A stretch of 64,000 nt of DNA from a virus (taxonomy: Duplodnaviria > Caudoviricetes), in the IMG/VR virus record IMGVR_UViG_3300027749_000080, positions 20,195-84,194 of that record. One strand, 5' to 3'. Below the pieces are notes generated by a model. It was not told the origin of the DNA. It did not search any database and was given only the letters and a program-made list of their open reading frames with translations. Every line of letters starts with the position of its first letter. The first letter of the stretch is position 1. This document shows, in pieces, positions 18,512 through 27,704 of the stretch. A program made the position numbers and the translations under genes.

Positions 18512-20233
18512 ATGGCAACAAAAATTTTCAAAAAATTGAACGACGCTTCAATTAAGGAAACTTGGACCCCAGTTTTAGAAGGTTATGGTGCAAACGTTAC
18601 AGCTCGCCCTTGGTTAGTTGACTACGCTCACAATCATGCTATCTTCGATAACGCAGGTTCAATTAATGAATCAAACTCAGGAGTAGCTCCAGGTTTATTC
18701 TTACAACAACCTGGTTCTATCAGTTCTATTGGTGCAATTAGTTCTCCAACGAGTTCTATGACTCCATTCACTGGTGGTGCTAAAAACGGTTACGGTGCTT
18801 CTGTATCTGGTTCTGGTGATAAATTCCCAAGCCTTTTACCAGTTGCAATCCAAGTAGCTGCTAAAACTATTGGTTTCGACCTAGTTGGTGTAGTTCCTAT
18901 GGATTCTCCAGTAGGTTTCCTACCTTACTTGGATTATGTATACCAAGGTGGTAACATCGACAAGCAATACGAACCATATTTGATCAAGATCACTGGTGCA
19001 TTGGAAAATGCTGCAGGTTCTACAGTAAATGGTATCGCAAATGGTTCTAAATTCACAGTAGCAACTCTTCCATTCGCTGAAGGTTCTAACTACGGTGTTA
19101 ACGAAAGCAACACTGACCTAGTTCTACAATTCGTTGGTAAATCACGTGTTGATGGTTCTCCAATCTTCAAAGTTATCCTATCTCATGATGGTGGTACTCT
19201 TGCTGATTACTTTGCAGCTGACGTTGATATTCAACCAGCAAATGCAACTGACGTTTCAGGTACTGCGGTAGTAACTTTCCGTACAGCTGATAACAAAGTT
19301 GAATTAGTTTCTGCTTTAGAAAACCATATTTCTGGTTTTACTTCAGTATCTGACGCTGATTACGCTACATCTGATTTCAATGGTCCTTACATGGGATCTA
19401 CTGGATCTCAAATGGAAGGTATGGCTCGTCAAACAGCTGAATCTTCTAAATTCCGTCAAATGGGTCTTCGTATGTTCACTAAGTTCATCGAAGCAAAAGG
19501 AGATCAAGTTTCTATTTCAGCAACTGTTGAACAAATCCAAGATCTTAACCGAGTTTGGAACTTTGACGTAATCTCTATGTTAGAGAACGTAGCAGTTAAC
19601 GAATTAGCTCAATCAATCAACAAAAAGTTAGTTGACCGTGTTCTTAATTTAGGATCAGTTCATGCTACTGCTGTTGAAGGTGTTGAAGGTGCAGGTATCA
19701 CTACTTTGGACCTAACTGTTGGAACAACTGGATTTGAGAACATCTCAACTCTACAACGTCGTGTTGTAACTAAAATTCTTGAAATGGCTAACTTGATTTA
19801 TCATAGAGGTCGTTTCGGTGCAGGTACATACATCGTTACTAACGGTCGTGTTGCTTCTGCTTTAGCAGATGTAGCTGGTTACTCTTTCGCTCCATTCAAT
19901 AATGATCTTCCATCTACTGCTGGTCAATTGTACCCTGCAGGTAAAGTACATGGTTTAACCATCTACGTTGATCCTAACTTGAAATTCAGCGATAACCGTA
20001 TCCATATCGGTCGTAAAGGCGCTGATGAAGAGCCAGGTGTTAAATTCCTTCCATATATCATGGCAGAGAGTCTTCAAACAATTGCAGAGGGAACTTTCTC
20101 TCCGAAAATTGGTATGAAATCTCGTTATGCTATTACCGAAGCTGGATGGCACCCAGAAACTCAATACATTACTTTGGCTGTAACAGGTCTAGGAGTATTG
20201 ACTGGTTCAACTCGCCCTGCTTCTTCTTACTAA
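18512..20233 (+). CDS. major capsid protein, T4 gp23-like
   Basis: DLVGVVPMDSPVG, EQIQDL, FLPYI, FSPKIGMKSRYA motifs; strongly biased codons; likely cleavage at SINE/S. Confidence 0.92.
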   Translation: MATKIFKKLNDASIKETWTPVLEGYGANVTARPWLVDYAHNHAIFDNAGSINESNSGVAPGLFLQQPGSISSIGAISSPTSSMTPFTGGAKNGYGASVSGSGDKFPSLLPVAIQVAAKTIGFDLVGVVPMDSPVGFLPYLDYVYQGGNIDKQYEPYLIKITGALENAAGSTVNGIANGSKFTVATLPFAEGSNYGVNESNTDLVLQFVGKSRVDGSPIFKVILSHDGGTLADYFAADVDIQPANATDVSGTAVVTFRTADNKVELVSALENHISGFTSVSDADYATSDFNGPYMGSTGSQMEGMARQTAESSKFRQMGLRMFTKFIEAKGDQVSISATVEQIQDLNRVWNFDVISMLENVAVNELAQSINKKLVDRVLNLGSVHATAVEGVEGAGITTLDLTVGTTGFENISTLQRRVVTKILEMANLIYHRGRFGAGTYIVTNGRVASALADVAGYSFAPFNNDLPSTAGQLYPAGKVHGLTIYVDPNLKFSDNRIHIGRKGADEEPGVKFLPYIMAESLQTIAEGTFSPKIGMKSRYAITEAGWHPETQYITLAVTGLGVLTGSTRPASSY

Positions 20234-20259
20234 TCATAAGAATTAATAAGCTTAATACG

Positions 20260-20295
20260 AAAAAGGCTCCTCACAAGGGAGCCTTTTTCTTTTTT
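20260..20295 (+). terminator. intrinsic terminator
   Basis: AAAAAGGCTCC-7 nt-GGAGCCTTTTT. Confidence 0.85.
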
Positions 20296-20309
20296 AAGGA
20301 CGGGTCGCT

Positions 20310-20319
20310 AATAAATAAC
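20310..20319 (+). promoter_or_regulatory. putative late promoter AATAAATAAC
   Basis: Immediately after the terminator, before 20352. Confidence 0.7.
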
Positions 20320-20351
20320 ATTCTAAAGTACTTAAAAAATAATACAAACAA

Positions 20352-20717
20352 ATGAGCAATTCTGTTTTAAACTACTCACAATTTCTTTTAGAAAAGAAAG
20401 CAATCAACCAAGAAATGGCTGAATTACCTAAAGGTAAAGATTCAAAATCTAACACTACTGTAAAACCAGCAATGTCTGAACTTCCAAAAGGTAAAGGTAA
20501 AGGTATTAGCAAATCAGTAAAACCTGAAATGGCTACTCTTCCTAAAGGAAAAGGTAAAATGATTGGCAAATCAGTAGATACGAAAGTTTCTAAATTACCT
20601 ACAACTAAAGGTTCTTCACCTAAAAAATCAGTAGACTCTAAAATGTCTAAATTGGTAATTAAAGGTAAAGCTATCAGTAAGAAAGTTGAGCCTAATATGG
20701 CTAAAATGCCTAAGTAA
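20352..20717 (+). CDS. Lys-rich repeat protein, putative DNA-condensing internal head protein
   Basis: LNYSQFLLE tag followed by about 5.5 x 19-aa VKPxMxxLPKGKG repeats. Confidence 0.7.
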   Translation: MSNSVLNYSQFLLEKKAINQEMAELPKGKDSKSNTTVKPAMSELPKGKGKGISKSVKPEMATLPKGKGKMIGKSVDTKVSKLPTTKGSSPKKSVDSKMSKLVIKGKAISKKVEPNMAKMPK

Positions 20718-20736
20718 TTAAAAAACCCATTCTGAA

Positions 20737-21042
20737 ATGTCAGATCAAAGAAAACATAAGGTCACGTCCTTTCAGTCGTTCGTTATTCAAGAAAATTCAA
20801 TCAAGGATTTAGTTGGAAAAACTGATGATGAGCAATTGGACTTAGATGATGCTCGTAGTATCGGAAAGAAGATTTCCAAAATGAAAGGTGAAGATCGTAA
20901 GAAATACGTTGGGATTGTTAATTTCATGGGAGCGTCTTGTAGAATTTACAATGAGATTTGGGCTAACTATAAACCAGTTGATCCATCAACCAAAAAATCA
21001 AACCGTGGAAAAGAATTCCAAGGTGAAAAAGAAGTAGGTTAA
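20737..21042 (+). CDS. putative internal head protein
   Basis: VTSFQSFVIQE tag. Confidence 0.6.
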   Translation: MSDQRKHKVTSFQSFVIQENSIKDLVGKTDDEQLDLDDARSIGKKISKMKGEDRKKYVGIVNFMGASCRIYNEIWANYKPVDPSTKKSNRGKEFQGEKEVG

Positions 21043-21045
21043 TAA

Positions 21046-22062
21046 TTGAGCGCACAAGGAGTAATAGCTGAATCAGTAGCAAGTTTTAAAATAACTTGGG
21101 ATAATCCAGGCAATGGTCAACAACCAAAGTGGGATCAAACCAAACAGTCAATTGAGTTACATCAAACTGACGTTTATCCTGATTTACAATATGTGTCAGC
21201 ATTTGCAGCTCCAATCTATACCAAATATACGTCTGGATCACTTCTAAACGACTTAATAGTTGAGATTAATAAAGTTATTGACTCTAAATTAACTAGTAAG
21301 TCTGATGATAAAAAAGAAAAAGTTGACGAGTTATATCTTAATGCTGGACCGGCTGCCTCTAAACAACTAGGAGCTGGACCATCTGCCCCTAAACAGTTAG
21401 GAGCTGGGTCAAAAGAAGAGGACCTGGTTAAAGCAGATGATGAGAAGCCGGCTGAGATTATTGATACTAATAAGGAAACTAATAATGAACCTAAGGTGAC
21501 TACAAATGATCAGGAACTTGTTACTACAACTACTACCATTGCACCACAAAAAACAGAGTCATCTGCTTATACAGTTACAGTGTACGGAGATAACCTAAGA
21601 TTTTTAGAAGGTCAAGAAGGTCGCGGAGCTTATTCGTCAGGAATTAAGTTTTTATATAAGGTTTCAAATAACCTAACTAAACAAGTAGCTGGCGAACAAA
21701 TTGATAACCGAACAAAGATTTGGGCAGAAGTAACTTCTTCTGGCTTATTATCAAAAACAACTCGTCTTGAATTTGCAGAGTTTGATGAAATTGAATTTAA
21801 GTTTGGAGGTAATTTACTTGCTCAGATACTACCTTCAATTGAACTAAGTTTTACACCAGATCCAAATTCAGTTTACTCAAAAGAAAAACCTGAACTTGAT
21901 ATCGCTGACGTTATTAAGGCAACTAATATTACATTAGGCACTAAAACAACCTCTGAGATTAAGTCTTTACAGAAACAAATACAAAAAGAAATCGACTCAC
22001 GTGAACCTGTTGAAAAACAAAAGCAACCTGGTAAACAAAGTGCTTCGGTTGATAATAAATAA
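21046..22062 (+). CDS. hypothetical late protein
   Basis: 338 aa, TTG start, short AGPxAxKQLG duplication. Confidence 0.6.
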   Translation: MSAQGVIAESVASFKITWDNPGNGQQPKWDQTKQSIELHQTDVYPDLQYVSAFAAPIYTKYTSGSLLNDLIVEINKVIDSKLTSKSDDKKEKVDELYLNAGPAASKQLGAGPSAPKQLGAGSKEEDLVKADDEKPAEIIDTNKETNNEPKVTTNDQELVTTTTTIAPQKTESSAYTVTVYGDNLRFLEGQEGRGAYSSGIKFLYKVSNNLTKQVAGEQIDNRTKIWAEVTSSGLLSKTTRLEFAEFDEIEFKFGGNLLAQILPSIELSFTPDPNSVYSKEKPELDIADVIKATNITLGTKTTSEIKSLQKQIQKEIDSREPVEKQKQPGKQSASVDNK

Positions 22063-22063
22063 C
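22054..22063 (+). promoter_or_regulatory. putative late promoter AATAAATAAC overlapping the stop
   Basis: Encodes N-K-stop; precedes the tail tube gene. Confidence 0.65.
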
Positions 22064-22082
22064 TAAAAAAATACGAGATAAA

Positions 22083-22670
22083 ATGGCAGGTCTACCACAT
22101 TTTAAAAATTCAGCAGCTGGTCCAGGTAAATATGAACCCCTGTACCTTAATCAATTTGAGGTGATTATTACTCCGCCACCATTGGTATCAGGTAAAATTG
22201 GATTTGGAAATAATTTAATGCTTGAGCACGTGCTTAAAGTAACAAGTTTACCAGAATATTCAGGATCAGGTTCAGCAGTAGTTACACAAAACTATAAATT
22301 CTCTCAAAGAGCCTATGCTCCAGCTAAGCCTACTCAAACTTATCATCAATTTAATATTGAGTTTGAGGTTAACTTAAATAACAATAATGATATGTATATT
22401 TACAATGCTCTTAGATCATGGGGAGATTTAATATATGATCCATTAACTGGTCGTCAAGGCCTAAAGGCTGATTACGCAGCTGCAACTATTCAAGTAACAA
22501 TGTTTAATAGAAGCGGTGTAATTTATAGAGATTTTGTATTTGGCCCAGTATTTCTTGGTCCAACTAAAATGACTGAAACTGTTCTTGACTATACAGCAGA
22601 TAATTCAATTTATAAGTTAACTGCTCAATTTACAGCAGACACTTACAAAGAAACCCGAATTGGTCAATAA
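22083..22670 (+). CDS. tail tube protein, gp19-like
   Basis: NQFEV, IYNALRSW.DLIYDPLTG, LDY pattern of contractile tail tubes. Confidence 0.7.
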   Translation: MAGLPHFKNSAAGPGKYEPLYLNQFEVIITPPPLVSGKIGFGNNLMLEHVLKVTSLPEYSGSGSAVVTQNYKFSQRAYAPAKPTQTYHQFNIEFEVNLNNNNDMYIYNALRSWGDLIYDPLTGRQGLKADYAAATIQVTMFNRSGVIYRDFVFGPVFLGPTKMTETVLDYTADNSIYKLTAQFTADTYKETRIGQ

Positions 22671-22688
22671 AATAACAGTTATTATACG

Positions 22689-23336
22689 ATGGACATATTT
22701 AATGTAAAACGCCGAGACAATCCTTCAATGGATAATTATATGGACCTAAAGAAACCAGGTTTCGGTGGTCCAAATTCAAAGGAAGACTTTGATAAATCAA
22801 AAAGAAAATCGCTTGAAGGATACCAACGAGTAGTTGACAGAAATGCCGATTTTGAAGGTGGAAATTTCAATCATAATTATGATCCAACGTGGAAAGCAGT
22901 AACCCGCGACCTAATTTCAAGAACTGCAAAGAAAAAACCATTTAATCCAATGTACGCAAAACAAACAATTGCAACAGTTAATGCTGTTGAAGAAGGTACT
23001 ATCAAACGCTTTGAACAATTCGTTAATGAAAACGAAGGTTTTAATATGTTTGCTGAAGCTGAAGACGAAACTCCAGAAATGGAAGAAACTACTCCAGAAA
23101 TGGAAGAAGTTGAAGTAGATCAAGAACAAGTAGAAATGCTAATGGCAGACTTCGGAGATGATCTTGAAGAAATGATTGATGAAATCGCTGAAAAAATGGA
23201 ACTTGAAAAAGAAGAAGTTTGCGATATTCTATGTGCAGCTATTAAAAAGATGTGCGCTCCTGCTGAAGAAGAGGAAGAAGAAGAAGAAAATCCAGAAGGT
23301 GAAGAACCTACTGAAGAAGAAGAAACCGAAGAATAA
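22689..23336 (+). CDS. acidic prohead-core-like protein
   Basis: Internal IKRFEQFVNE tag followed by a very Glu-rich C-terminal half. Confidence 0.6.
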   Translation: MDIFNVKRRDNPSMDNYMDLKKPGFGGPNSKEDFDKSKRKSLEGYQRVVDRNADFEGGNFNHNYDPTWKAVTRDLISRTAKKKPFNPMYAKQTIATVNAVEEGTIKRFEQFVNENEGFNMFAEAEDETPEMEETTPEMEEVEVDQEQVEMLMADFGDDLEEMIDEIAEKMELEKEEVCDILCAAIKKMCAPAEEEEEEEENPEGEEPTEEEETEE

Positions 23337-23339
23337 TTA

Positions 23340-23693
23340 ATGAAGCTGATTAAATTATTTGAACAATGGGTTTCTGAAGAAGACTCTAATGTAGATTCTC
23401 CTAAAGTTGAGGATATTGAAAATCCTGTTGAGTCATATACTCTTATGTTATCAACTAATGAATTTGGAGATTTTGAAGTTACTGCAATTATTGATCCAGA
23501 CTTTACAACTGACTCAACTAAAGCGTTTAAGGTAATTAGTTCAAATAATTCAAATATTGAATTAGGATCAACCATTATGGTTTCATCAACGGTTGACAAG
23601 AATTATGATTCTGATATTGTTATAATAAATGACAAAAATAAACCAGAAGAGTCATTAATTTATTCAGGAAAAATTAAAATTGACAAATCCTAA
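23340..23693 (+). CDS. putative internal head protein
   Basis: MKLIKLFEQWVSE tag. Confidence 0.6.
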   Translation: MKLIKLFEQWVSEEDSNVDSPKVEDIENPVESYTLMLSTNEFGDFEVTAIIDPDFTTDSTKAFKVISSNNSNIELGSTIMVSSTVDKNYDSDIVIINDKNKPEESLIYSGKIKIDKS

Positions 23694-23715
23694 ATTTTAA
23701 AAGTAATTAAACTAG

Positions 23716-23740
23716 AAAGGGGCTTTATTGCCCCTTTTTT
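23716..23740. terminator. intrinsic terminator between convergent genes
   Basis: AAAGGGGC-TTTATT-GCCCCTTTTTT. Confidence 0.75.
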
Positions 23741-24126
23741 ATTGTATCTACACCGGTTAGTTCCCCAATCTCTAGTTCCGAATCAATTAAGTGTGGAACA
23801 AAATCAATTGTTGTGTATGCAGTATTTAAGAATTTAACAGTATTGTTAATATTACTTGCACTTAGTCCAGCATTAACATAAATTATTCGATTGTATTTTC
23901 GGTTTCTTACGTTAATTGCTTTATCAATTAATTTCTTAATTTCATAATTAATTAAGAATGATTGTATTTTATTAGGAACTAAAATGTCCTGATCAAATTT
24001 TTCTTTAATGATTTTATTTACATTTAGTAAATAATCGCATTTTTGCTTTTTAGTAAAAATTTGAATGAATTGTTTTTGATCCTTTACGAAAATTATTTCG
24101 AGAGTACGATCTACTGAATCTATCAT
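23725..24126 (-). CDS. hypothetical protein
   Basis: 133-aa ORF coupled to the dCMP deaminase stop. Confidence 0.6.
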   Translation of the reverse strand: MIDSVDRTLEIIFVKDQKQFIQIFTKKQKCDYLLNVNKIIKEKFDQDILVPNKIQSFLINYEIKKLIDKAINVRNRKYNRIIYVNAGLSASNINNTVKFLNTAYTTIDFVPHLIDSELEIGELTGVDTIKKGQ

Positions 24127-24578
24127 ATTGAATCATGGTCGATTTTTTTAACCTCAATTCCAGCACGACGTAAAAAATCTAATCCGTTTATATCTCGGTA
24201 TTCTTCAAGATATACAACTCGTTTAATACCAGATTGTAGAATTAATTTGCTACAGTCAGTACATGGGGAATAAGTAATATATAAGGTTGCACCATCACTA
24301 CTTTGGGTAGATTTAGCGACTTTTGCTAATGCGTTGGATTCGGCATGCAAAACATACCATTTAGTTTTATATTCTTTAAAAGAACCATCGTTATTATGAA
24401 TAGCCTCTTCACATTCATTTTCAAAACCAGACGGAGTTCCATTAAATCCATCAGCAATGATTGTGTTATTTTTTACAATTAATGCACCAACTTTTTTTCT
24501 AGTTGCATAAGATAGCTCTGCCCAAACTTGGGCCATTTTAATGTAGGCTATATCTATTTTATGTTGCTTTTGAGACAT
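24123..24578 (-). CDS. dCMP deaminase
   Basis: HAESNA and PCTDC zinc motifs, GFNGTPSG. Confidence 0.92.
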   Translation of the reverse strand: MSQKQHKIDIAYIKMAQVWAELSYATRKKVGALIVKNNTIIADGFNGTPSGFENECEEAIHNNDGSFKEYKTKWYVLHAESNALAKVAKSTQSSDGATLYITYSPCTDCSKLILQSGIKRVVYLEEYRDINGLDFLRRAGIEVKKIDHDSI

Positions 24579-24580
24579 TT

Positions 24581-25465
24581 TTATTTAGCTTGAAAAGTTT
24601 TATCATATATCCATTTAAAAATATCTTCTCCATCTTGGAATAGGATAATATCATTGGAATCTGAGGTAATTGAATTAAATAGGGTTTTAAAATCTGATGT
24701 TTGGCTGCCATCTATTTCAATTAAATCTGATACAATTGGAGGTAGTGTTATTGAGGTAAATGGTTCAGCTAACATTCTTGAAGCAAGGTCATAATGTCTA
24801 TCATAGACGTGATATGAATTTGCAACATGAGTGTAGGTTCCTAATTCAAGATCTGGATAAAAATGTTTTAGATGAGATAGGATTTGCATTTGTAATGAAC
24901 AAAAGAAGGCTACATCGGTTGCTGTACCCCATATTGCATCATTACTTCTCATAAATACGCTCATGTATAACTTGTTTTGTCTGATATGTAAATTTGCATA
25001 CATTGTACAAACAAAATCTTTATTTGAAGAGTATTGGTGTTTTGGTTTATTAAAGTGCAATACTGCCTGTCTGGTATTTTGATCAGTTGCTAAGCTTTGA
25101 ATTGCCCATTGATATTGACTAATTGCATGCTCATTCTTTTCAGTAAATATGAGGTTTCCATATGCGGAATTGACAGTTCCATCAATATTTTGAATTTCTT
25201 CCCAGAATTTTGCCCATTTTGAAATAAAGGCTGCATCACTACGACCTGCATAATACCATAAAAACTCAGCAGCAATATACTTCTGCTGAGAACCCCTAAC
25301 TGAATTTTCATAAAGACATTGAGTTGGGTCTTCAATAACTAGCGCAACATTTAATAATTCTTTACTAGTAGTGCCTCGTGCATTATTAACAACTCCATAA
25401 TTTAATAAAAACTTAATAGAATCATGATATGCATCAGCAAATGTTAAACCTTTAAATAGTATCAT
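24581..25465 (-). CDS. thymidylate-synthase-fold enzyme, dCMP hydroxymethylase (gp42)-like
   Basis: DFVCT catalytic Cys; MRSNDAIWGTATD with Asp where TS has Asn; SYHVY. Confidence 0.7.
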   Translation of the reverse strand: MILFKGLTFADAYHDSIKFLLNYGVVNNARGTTSKELLNVALVIEDPTQCLYENSVRGSQQKYIAAEFLWYYAGRSDAAFISKWAKFWEEIQNIDGTVNSAYGNLIFTEKNEHAISQYQWAIQSLATDQNTRQAVLHFNKPKHQYSSNKDFVCTMYANLHIRQNKLYMSVFMRSNDAIWGTATDVAFFCSLQMQILSHLKHFYPDLELGTYTHVANSYHVYDRHYDLASRMLAEPFTSITLPPIVSDLIEIDGSQTSDFKTLFNSITSDSNDIILFQDGEDIFKWIYDKTFQAK

Positions 25466-25507
25466 ATAGTTTATTAATTTTAATCCAACTCACCGTTAGA
25501 TCTTATT

Positions 25508-25536
25508 AATATACTATGAAAATGAAAAAGGGTTAA
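25508..25536 (-). promoter_or_regulatory. putative early/middle promoter TTAAC-N18-TATATT
   Basis: Variant of the bipartite motif. Confidence 0.45.
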
Positions 25537-25548
25537 CTTAGCTATACA

Positions 25549-27210
25549 TTAAATGACAGTTAGGTCTGAGAAGTGATCAGTATTTTCAACTTGGATTTTA
25601 GTATCAAAGTATTCTTCTGGTAATGGGTCATGTGAAATTACAAATACGGTCATATTATATTTCTTTGAAAAGGTTTTAAGTAGATCAACTACTCTAAATA
25701 TTGAGTCAACGTCTAATGATGAAAAAACTTCATCTAAGAAAAGAAGATTTACCTTATTATGCTTTAATTTAATTAATTCAAGAATGCATAGCAACACAAT
25801 TAAATTCATTTTCTTTTGCTCTCCAGAAGATAATGAGTCTGGCGAAACTTGCATACCTAAATGGGTAATGATTGGATTAAATTCTAAATCAAACTCAAAT
25901 GCAAATTTGAATTCAAGAACCTTGGCTGTTTTTAAGATCTTTTTATTTAATAATGGAATAATTTGACTCATTAGCATACGCTTCATACCATTATCAGATA
26001 GAATCATTTCCATTTCTTGAGAAACTTTTAATTTTTCAGTTTGACCAGCCAGGCTAGTACCAGCAGTACTTAGTTCAGTCTCAATATTTTTTATTACTTC
26101 AACTAGATGTTTATCTGATGTTTGTTTTCCTTGTTGAGATAACTGCTGAATTTCTCTTTTTACCGTAGAGACTTGAGCATCAATTTTATAGAATTTGTCC
26201 TTTGCTTTATTTTGGTCTGCTTCTATTAATGAAAAACCTGATTCATTACTCTTAATCGTTTGAGAAATAGTTGGAATAGAGGACTCTTGTGACTCTTTTA
26301 ATTTTAATAATTTATCCTTAATTTGACTATGAATTTCATCAGTTAAGTCAGATAAACAATGTGGGCATTTATTTTTATTGTAAAGATCAAGTTTCTTTTG
26401 TATTTCTGAAATATTTGCTCTAATTGTAGTTAATTCATCACGTGATGTTCTAACCATTGTTTGTATTTCTGAAAGCTTTGTTGTAAAACTGCCCGCTTCA
26501 ACTCTGGCTGACTCTTTTAAATCAACTAATTTTTTCAATTCAATATTAAGCTCTTCAATTCTAGCAGTATTAGTTGCTTGAATTTCATTTTTTAAATTTT
26601 CAAGTTGATTAACTGATGACTCTAATAATCTTTGGTTACTTGCAATTGAAGATTCAAGTGGAGTAATTTCTCCTTTAACTCGTTTAGTATCTTCTTTGGA
26701 TATTTTAGACATGTCATTAACAATATCTAATCCAAAAATCTTATCAATGATCTGGCGTTTATCCGCTGGGCTTAATTTAACAAAACTTTTAAAGTCATTT
26801 ACTGATAAGCTAATGGTATTTGAGAATACATTAAATGGTAATTTAGTTAATTCCTCTTCAATAAAATCGTCTACTCGTCTTTTATCTGGTAAATTATATT
26901 CAGCACCATCAATTGAAAGCTTTGAGAAATTAGGCTCAAGACCACGTTCTATATCAATAAGCCTACCATTGCCGGTTGTAAATTTAATTTGAGTATAGGC
27001 ATTCTTATTAATTCGGTTTGGAATTTCTTTGGTTTTACGAATTGCCGACTTTCCATAAATGGCAACAGTTAATGCATCAGAAATTGATGATTTACCACTG
27101 CCGTTTTTACCCTGAACCAAGATTAATCTAGGATCATCGGTAAATTTAAAAGTCTGTAATTTATTGCCGTATGAGCAAATATTTCTAAAGGAAAATTCGT
27201 GTATCTTCAT
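25549..27210 (-). CDS. SMC-like recombination ATPase (gp46/SbcC/Rad50)
   Basis: GKNGSGKS, CPHC zinc hook, LSSGE signature, LFLDE, ISH. Confidence 0.92.
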   Translation of the reverse strand: MKIHEFSFRNICSYGNKLQTFKFTDDPRLILVQGKNGSGKSSISDALTVAIYGKSAIRKTKEIPNRINKNAYTQIKFTTGNGRLIDIERGLEPNFSKLSIDGAEYNLPDKRRVDDFIEEELTKLPFNVFSNTISLSVNDFKSFVKLSPADKRQIIDKIFGLDIVNDMSKISKEDTKRVKGEITPLESSIASNQRLLESSVNQLENLKNEIQATNTARIEELNIELKKLVDLKESARVEAGSFTTKLSEIQTMVRTSRDELTTIRANISEIQKKLDLYNKNKCPHCLSDLTDEIHSQIKDKLLKLKESQESSIPTISQTIKSNESGFSLIEADQNKAKDKFYKIDAQVSTVKREIQQLSQQGKQTSDKHLVEVIKNIETELSTAGTSLAGQTEKLKVSQEMEMILSDNGMKRMLMSQIIPLLNKKILKTAKVLEFKFAFEFDLEFNPIITHLGMQVSPDSLSSGEQKKMNLIVLLCILELIKLKHNKVNLLFLDEVFSSLDVDSIFRVVDLLKTFSKKYNMTVFVISHDPLPEEYFDTKIQVENTDHFSDLTVI

Positions 27211-27704
27211 TAATTTAAAAAATAGGTAAGTTCTTGATCTGGATCAATATCTTGTACTGTATAGAATTTATATAGTTTTTTCTCAGAATCATAGTCCCAA
27301 TTAATATTAGGCGAAGCTGATCTTCGATAAATTGAGCCAAATCCTAATAGAATTGCATGAGAATCTATGTGCAACATTTTATTTGGATTAATTGCATCAT
27401 ATACAATTGCTTTGAATTGATCAGTTGAAATAAGCCCGCGGTCTAGTCTCTCCTGTAAATTAAGTTCGGCAAGTCTTTCAGCAATCTCTCGTTCTTTATT
27501 CATACCGTCTGAATTGACAAATAGTCGGTTGTCTAATGCTTGATCATGCCTATTAAGTAAAAGTTGAGTTTTTTGGCTTATTGGAATCCATGCGCAAAAT
27601 TCAATGGTTGAATTTCTATAAATTTGGGTACTACTAAATACACCAAATTCTTTAGAATTTACCGGTTTTACATATAAACTAGATAGGATACTTGGGTTAC
27701 TCAT
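27210..27704 (-). CDS. SET-domain-like protein with degenerate motifs
   Basis: GVFSSTQI, GFGSIYRRSASPN (NHS position), DIDPDQELTY. Confidence 0.6.
   Translation of the reverse strand: MSNPSILSSLYVKPVNSKEFGVFSSTQIYRNSTIEFCAWIPISQKTQLLLNRHDQALDNRLFVNSDGMNKEREIAERLAELNLQERLDRGLISTDQFKAIVYDAINPNKMLHIDSHAILLGFGSIYRRSASPNINWDYDSEKKLYKFYTVQDIDPDQELTYFLN

Noticed and set aside
23120-23599. 159-aa Ser-rich minus-strand ORF
   Set aside because: It is the antisense shadow of GAA-rich codons in the acidic protein gene.
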